From Dehalococcoidia bacterium (GTDB lineage: Bacteria > Chloroflexota > Dehalococcoidia > Plut-88900): a stretch of 64,000 nt of DNA. Below, piece after piece: positions 59,356 through 64,000 of the stretch (position 1 is the first letter of the stretch; every line of letters begins with the position of its first letter). Under the pieces are notes generated by a model, which saw only the letters and a list, made by a program, of their open reading frames with translations, made no database searches and was not told the origin of the DNA. Position numbers and translations under genes: made by a program. The DNA lies in the NCBI GenBank assembly GCA_965249275.1, contig CBDFLQ010000007.1, positions 192,001-256,000 on the forward strand, written 5' to 3'.

Positions 59356-60423
59356 CTATCCCGGGAAATGCGGCATCACCTCCCTCGCAAACAACCGCAT
59401 CGAGCTCCGAGTCTTCCGCGCGTCCATCCCCCCGATCTGCATCCACGCCAGTATGTGCGTTGCCCCGCGGGCCTGGTCCTCCTCCACCGCACGGCACACG
59501 TCATCGGGCGTCCCGACCATGAACGGTTTGCCCAGGAAATGCACCTTCCCTAACTCTGCAAGATCGGGTAATTCCTCCGCACTCGGCAAAGGCAGCATCC
59601 CGAACATCTCCCCCGCCATAGAATCGAATATGCCCGCCTCCGTGTACTTGGGCAGATAGCCGCGCATCTGCGCCAGGGCATGTGGGGCGTAGTCCCTCCA
59701 CGCCTGCTCCTTCGTCTCCCCGACATAGCAGTTCCGTATAACGTTCCTGAAATACTGTCCCGGGTCCCGACCGTACTTTCTCAGCGCCCGTTCGTACGGC
59801 CCGAGCATGTTCGCATCCCGGGGCCCGGTCAGGTGACAGCCGTACCTCGCCGCCCGATCTATTGCCGGCGGTATCTCATCCCCCACCGGCCTCTTCTCCG
59901 CCGCAACCCATATGGGTGGGTGTGGTTTCTGTACGGGACGGGGCAGCATCGTCACCCCATCGAAGTGAAAGTGGCGGCCCTTGAAAGTGAAGTTCTCTTC
60001 CGTGAACAACCCAATGATCGACTGCAGTCCCTCCTCCATCCTCCGTCCCCGCTCACTCCTCGGCACGTCCAGCGTATCGAATTCCGTCTTCTCGTACCCG
60101 ATCCCCAGGCCCAGGTCGAACCGACCATTGGACAACACGTCCACCATCGCCGCGTTCTCCGCAATTATCAGCGGATGATGCAGGGGCAAGATGCTGATAT
60201 TCGTCCCGATCCTTATCCGACTCGTCCTTGCGGCCATCGCTGCGCAGAGGATAAAGGGGTTGGGTGGGTACTGGGCGTCGAAGTGGTGCTCGGCAGTCCA
60301 CACTTGGTCGAAACCCAGGTCCTCTGCCAGCTCGGTGAGCTCCAGTACCTGCTGATAGTTCTCAGTGTCGGGAGTGCGAAACTCGGCCGGGTTCTCTGCG
60401 AAAAAGAACAGTCCAAACTTCAT
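59356..60423 (-). CDS. LLM-class flavin-dependent oxidoreductase
   Basis: MKFGLF, WTAEHHF, LPLHHPL.IAE, LSNGRFDLGLG.GY, PRPVQKPHPPIW. Confidence 0.92.
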   Translation of the reverse strand: MKFGLFFFAENPAEFRTPDTENYQQVLELTELAEDLGFDQVWTAEHHFDAQYPPNPFILCAAMAARTSRIRIGTNISILPLHHPLIIAENAAMVDVLSNGRFDLGLGIGYEKTEFDTLDVPRSERGRRMEEGLQSIIGLFTEENFTFKGRHFHFDGVTMLPRPVQKPHPPIWVAAEKRPVGDEIPPAIDRAARYGCHLTGPRDANMLGPYERALRKYGRDPGQYFRNVIRNCYVGETKEQAWRDYAPHALAQMRGYLPKYTEAGIFDSMAGEMFGMLPLPSAEELPDLAELGKVHFLGKPFMVGTPDDVCRAVEEDQARGATHILAWMQIGGMDARKTRSSMRLFAREVMPHFPG

Positions 60424-60493
60424 ACTTAGGTTCTCCGTTCTGACATGGATTCAAGCCTGCTTAGGCTTGCTCTCCGAAGAATAGCAGGCAACC

Positions 60494-61732
60494 TCATCTC
60501 ACCCTCCGGATCCCGGACTGCGTCACCACCGTAAGGAGCACCACCCCCAGGAAAGCTATGCTGCTATATGTCACCGCCCTCTGCACCCCAATCCACTCCG
60601 CTAAGCCTCCCATGTACAGCATGCCCAACGGCAATGATCCAATCGCCATTGCCACCGCCCCCATCGCCCGACCCCTCATCTCCGGCGACGAAACTGTCGT
60701 CGCTATGGTGGTCTGCATCGTGGTGAATCCCGACTGCCCTAGACCGGCAAATAGCAAAGGCAGAAGAGCCAGCCAGTAGACCGGGGCAAAGCTGAACAAC
60801 AGCACCCCCACACCTAATATCAACGAACCTATTATGAAAATCTCTCCCCTGTATCTCATACTCCCCAACGCCGCAATGACCACCGCCCCAATCATAGAGC
60901 CCATGCCATCCATCCCGCTCATGAATCCCAACCCCGTCCCCCCGACCCCGTAGACGTCCCGCGCGAAAACGGGATGCAGTTGTATGTGAGGAAACACCAG
61001 CGTGTTGGCCGCCAGGGTGATCATCAATAACCCCCTCATGGCCCCATTGCGCCACACATACTTCAACCCAAGGACAATGCCTTTCACCATTGGCTCTCGA
61101 TTGGTGTCCTCTTGCCTCGGCGAGGGCACCGGGACCCTGATTACGAACAGCAGTCCCAGCAGCACCGATACCGCGATGAAGAAGTAGGCCTCCCCCGGTC
61201 CCGCAACGTCCAGCATCCACCCCGCCACCCACCTCCCCACCATCGCCGAACCCATCCACGAGGCCACATTTATCGCCATGGCATTGACTACGACTTTTTC
61301 GGGGACAACATCTCGGATTATCGAATGCCTGACCGGGTAATCGATCGCCCAGGCAATGCCGATCAGAAACGCACCCAGGTACATCTGCCACAGGTTCAGC
61401 AAGTCCAGGAACAGCGTGACTCCCATCCCCGCCGATAGCACGAAGTTCAGGAACTGCGCCCCCATCAGCATCCGCTTGCGTGGCCACCTGTCTGCCTGGG
61501 CCCCAGCCACAAAGCCCAGCGTCCCCATCGGCAGCAACCGAAACGCCCCGACCAGCGCCACTAGGAAAGGCGAGTCCGTTCGTTCCAGCACCACCCACCC
61601 TAGAATGATGTAGTCCATCCAGAACGGCAGATGCCAGAGCTGGCTTACGAACCACAGCTTCCTCCAGTCCCGATGCTCCAGCGATCTGAGAGCTCGGGAG
61701 CGGGTTAACCAGCCGGACCGGTTCTGCTGCAC
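60494..61732 (-). CDS. MFS transporter (DHA3/EntS-like)
   Basis: RSL.HRD.R, GW.V...TDSP..V, GA.ADRWPRK, EMRGRAMG. Confidence 0.88.
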   Translation of the reverse strand: MQQNRSGWLTRSRALRSLEHRDWRKLWFVSQLWHLPFWMDYIILGWVVLERTDSPFLVALVGAFRLLPMGTLGFVAGAQADRWPRKRMLMGAQFLNFVLSAGMGVTLFLDLLNLWQMYLGAFLIGIAWAIDYPVRHSIIRDVVPEKVVVNAMAINVASWMGSAMVGRWVAGWMLDVAGPGEAYFFIAVSVLLGLLFVIRVPVPSPRQEDTNREPMVKGIVLGLKYVWRNGAMRGLLMITLAANTLVFPHIQLHPVFARDVYGVGGTGLGFMSGMDGMGSMIGAVVIAALGSMRYRGEIFIIGSLILGVGVLLFSFAPVYWLALLPLLFAGLGQSGFTTMQTTIATTVSSPEMRGRAMGAVAMAIGSLPLGMLYMGGLAEWIGVQRAVTYSSIAFLGVVLLTVVTQSGIRRVR

Positions 61733-61919
61733 TCTGCTATTGCCTCGGCCCGAGGGTATCTGCGGCTAGGATTGCGCATGAGACGGGTAGGTCTCACAAG
61801 AAAGGGCGGTTGCCGTATTCTATAGGAAGCCCCTGCCCTATCCAAATCACCCAGGGTTTGACCCTCCACCCGAGTGCACCTATTATCTGATAGCCCCGCC
61901 CCTTGCCCCCTACCTGCTT

Positions 61920-63395
61920 ATGGACTGGCGACAACACTACCGAAAAAACCTGGTCACCCCTGACGAAGCGGTCTCTACCATCGCCTCTGGCGACGGAGTG
62001 ACCGTTTCCGTCAATCCCCATCCTAACCTTATATTGGATGCTCTCGCCGCCCGTCGAGGTGAGTTGCGAGGCGTAAGGCTCCACCTCCTGGGGCCTCACT
62101 ACGACCCCGGCTGGCTCCAACCCGGCTGGGACGACTCTTTCCCCATCACCATCATGTTCTACCTCGGCGACGTCGCCCGACCCGCCCACGACCAGCGTTA
62201 CGTCGACTTCCAGCCCATGCTCCTCTCAACCGCCATGAAACCCTTCGACGAGGAAGCCCGTCAGCCCCATGTCGTCGACTACCTGTTCATCGTCGTCTCC
62301 CCACCCGACGATCACGGCTTCTGCAGTTTCGGCGCCGAGCTTTGGGACAAGCGCCGCGTCGCTAAATACGCATCCAGCGTCATCGCTGAAGTCGACGAGA
62401 ACCAGGTCCGGACCTACGGCTCCAACTATATCCACGTTTCGGAAATCGACCGATTCGTCGAACATACGCCTCCCGCCCTATCCATCAAAGCAGGACAGAA
62501 GCTCCTGGATACCCTTCCCGAGGGCGAACTCAGATCAGAGCTCGAGAGAATCTCGCCGCTTATGTCTGATGTACAGCGCCAGGAGGCCATCCCCACTCTG
62601 ATGCGCGTCAACATCTCGCAGGTCCGCGGTTGGGCCCGCTGGGCAGGTTGGGTCCCTCCTCCCGAGCCAATACTGAAGATTGCCGAATACGTCCATGGCC
62701 TCGTCCATGACGGAGATTCCGTTCAGATCGGCGTCGGCACTCCGGGCGTATACCTTCCGGGCCTGGGCGTATTCGACGACAAGAAAGACCTCGGCTGGCA
62801 CGCCGAGATGTCGGCCCCCGGCATCCTCTCTCTCGTCGAAAGGGGCATAGTCAACGGCAGCCGAAAGACCATTCACCAGGGCAAGGCCGTCTTTTCCGGC
62901 CTGATGGGCAGCACCCCCGCCGAGGTTGAGTTCGCTAAGGAAAACCCGCTGGTGGAGCTCTGGGACGCCGACCACATCCTCGACATGCGGAACATCGCTT
63001 CCAACCCCAACCACGTCGCCATCAACAACGCCATCTCCATAGACCTGACCGGCCAGATCAACTCCGAGACCCTGTTCGGTGGCAGGCTCTACAACGGCAC
63101 CGGCGGCCAGCCCGAACTCCACATGGGGGCCATCTTTTCCGAAGGGGGCCGAGCCTTAACCCTGCTCACCTCCACGGCTCTCGGAGGCGCAGTGTCCAAG
63201 ATTGTCGCCCAGCACGAAGAAGGCGCCGCTATTACCATTCCGCGCACCTTTGCCGACTATGTGGTCACCGAGTACGGTGTCGCCCGACTCCTCGGCAAGT
63301 CCGTACGGGAGCGCGCCCGAGCCCTCATTAGCATCGCCCATCCCGACTTCCGCCCCGAGTTGGAGAGGGTCGCCAAACAGTTGTATTATCCCTAA
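61920..63395 (+). CDS. Acetyl-CoA hydrolase/CoA-transferase family
   Basis: VSPPDDHGFCSFG, GDSVQIGVG, WHAE, DLTGQ, GTGGQ, VVTEYG. Confidence 0.9.
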   Translation: MDWRQHYRKNLVTPDEAVSTIASGDGVTVSVNPHPNLILDALAARRGELRGVRLHLLGPHYDPGWLQPGWDDSFPITIMFYLGDVARPAHDQRYVDFQPMLLSTAMKPFDEEARQPHVVDYLFIVVSPPDDHGFCSFGAELWDKRRVAKYASSVIAEVDENQVRTYGSNYIHVSEIDRFVEHTPPALSIKAGQKLLDTLPEGELRSELERISPLMSDVQRQEAIPTLMRVNISQVRGWARWAGWVPPPEPILKIAEYVHGLVHDGDSVQIGVGTPGVYLPGLGVFDDKKDLGWHAEMSAPGILSLVERGIVNGSRKTIHQGKAVFSGLMGSTPAEVEFAKENPLVELWDADHILDMRNIASNPNHVAINNAISIDLTGQINSETLFGGRLYNGTGGQPELHMGAIFSEGGRALTLLTSTALGGAVSKIVAQHEEGAAITIPRTFADYVVTEYGVARLLGKSVRERARALISIAHPDFRPELERVAKQLYYP

Positions 63396-63410
63396 CGAGG
63401 TGAACCATCC

Positions 63411-64000
63411 ATGAAATTCGGCATCTTCTACCAGATCCCCTGCCACGCCGACCAGTACGCCCCCGACAGATATCGCGAAGTCCTCTACCAGATCGAACTC
63501 GCCGAAGACCTCGGCTTCGACTCCGTCTGGCTGGGAGAACTCCACTTCGATGCTGCCCTCGGCATCATGCCCTCCATCAACATCATGGCCGGCGCCATTG
63601 CCCAGCGCACCTCTCGGATGCGCATCGGCCTTGGCGTGAGTATCATCCCCATGCACGACCCCCTTCTCAACGCCGAGGAAGCCGCTATGGTGGACAACTT
63701 GAGCGATGGCAGGCTGGAATTCGGAGTTGGGCGTGGCGTCCTCACCTTCTACGATCCTTTCCGAATCAAGCCCCAGGAGAGCCGCGAGCGTTACGCCGAA
63801 GCGCTGGACATAATCGTCGGGGCCTGGACCCAAGACCCCTTCTCCTACGAAGGCAAGCATTTCCAGGTGCGTGAAGCATCTCTGGTGCCCAAGCCCGTCC
63901 AGCAGCCCCACCCACCCCTCACCGTCGCCGCCAGTGGCAGCCAGGGCGTTTTCGACGTAGCCGCTAAGCGAGGCATGGGCGTGATGGCCGGACTCTTCCT
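63411..64000 (+). CDS. LLM-class flavin-dependent oxidoreductase (3' end truncated by window edge)
   Basis: MKFGIFYQIP...AEDLGFDSVWLGELHF...DNLSDGRLEFGVGRG...PKPVQQPHPP. Confidence 0.9.
   Translation, partial: MKFGIFYQIPCHADQYAPDRYREVLYQIELAEDLGFDSVWLGELHFDAALGIMPSINIMAGAIAQRTSRMRIGLGVSIIPMHDPLLNAEEAAMVDNLSDGRLEFGVGRGVLTFYDPFRIKPQESRERYAEALDIIVGAWTQDPFSYEGKHFQVREASLVPKPVQQPHPPLTVAASGSQGVFDVAAKRGMGVMAGLF

Noticed and set aside
1-64000. tRNA/rRNA genes or oriC
   Set aside because: No cloverleaf/T-loop signatures, rRNA motifs or DnaA-box clusters were noticed by eye

Overview
GC-rich bacterial chromosomal window. The gene content suggests Chloroflexota, probably Dehalococcoidia/SAR202-like (inference): several luciferase-like monooxygenases, SDRs, an amidohydrolase, acyl-CoA hydrolase paralogs, dapL-dapF and archaeal-type apgM. 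It holds a catabolic/tailoring cluster (1-12 kb), envelope genes (DUF3179, sppA, an LprG-like lipoprotein with an MFS exporter, plsY) and housekeeping runs (tsaC-pgk-apgM-tpiA-miaA-dapF-dapL-hflX; guaA-purD-purE-purB-purC-DUF3105-purS; hisG-PLC-like-hisD-hisC-hisB). There are two IS481 elements, one IS5, one MITE and a dense set of REP-like palindrome families. The main unexplained signal is three diverged, roughly 650-690 nt, apparently non-coding and highly structured paralogous elements (43821-44495 +, 55112-55766 -, 58573-59263 +). Each has its own sigma70-like promoter, a LexA-like box and a shared upstream GTGACRCGAACCCCTTG motif. The same motif also precedes a small LexA-boxed ORF at about 13.2 kb. 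All alignments and pairings were done by eye.
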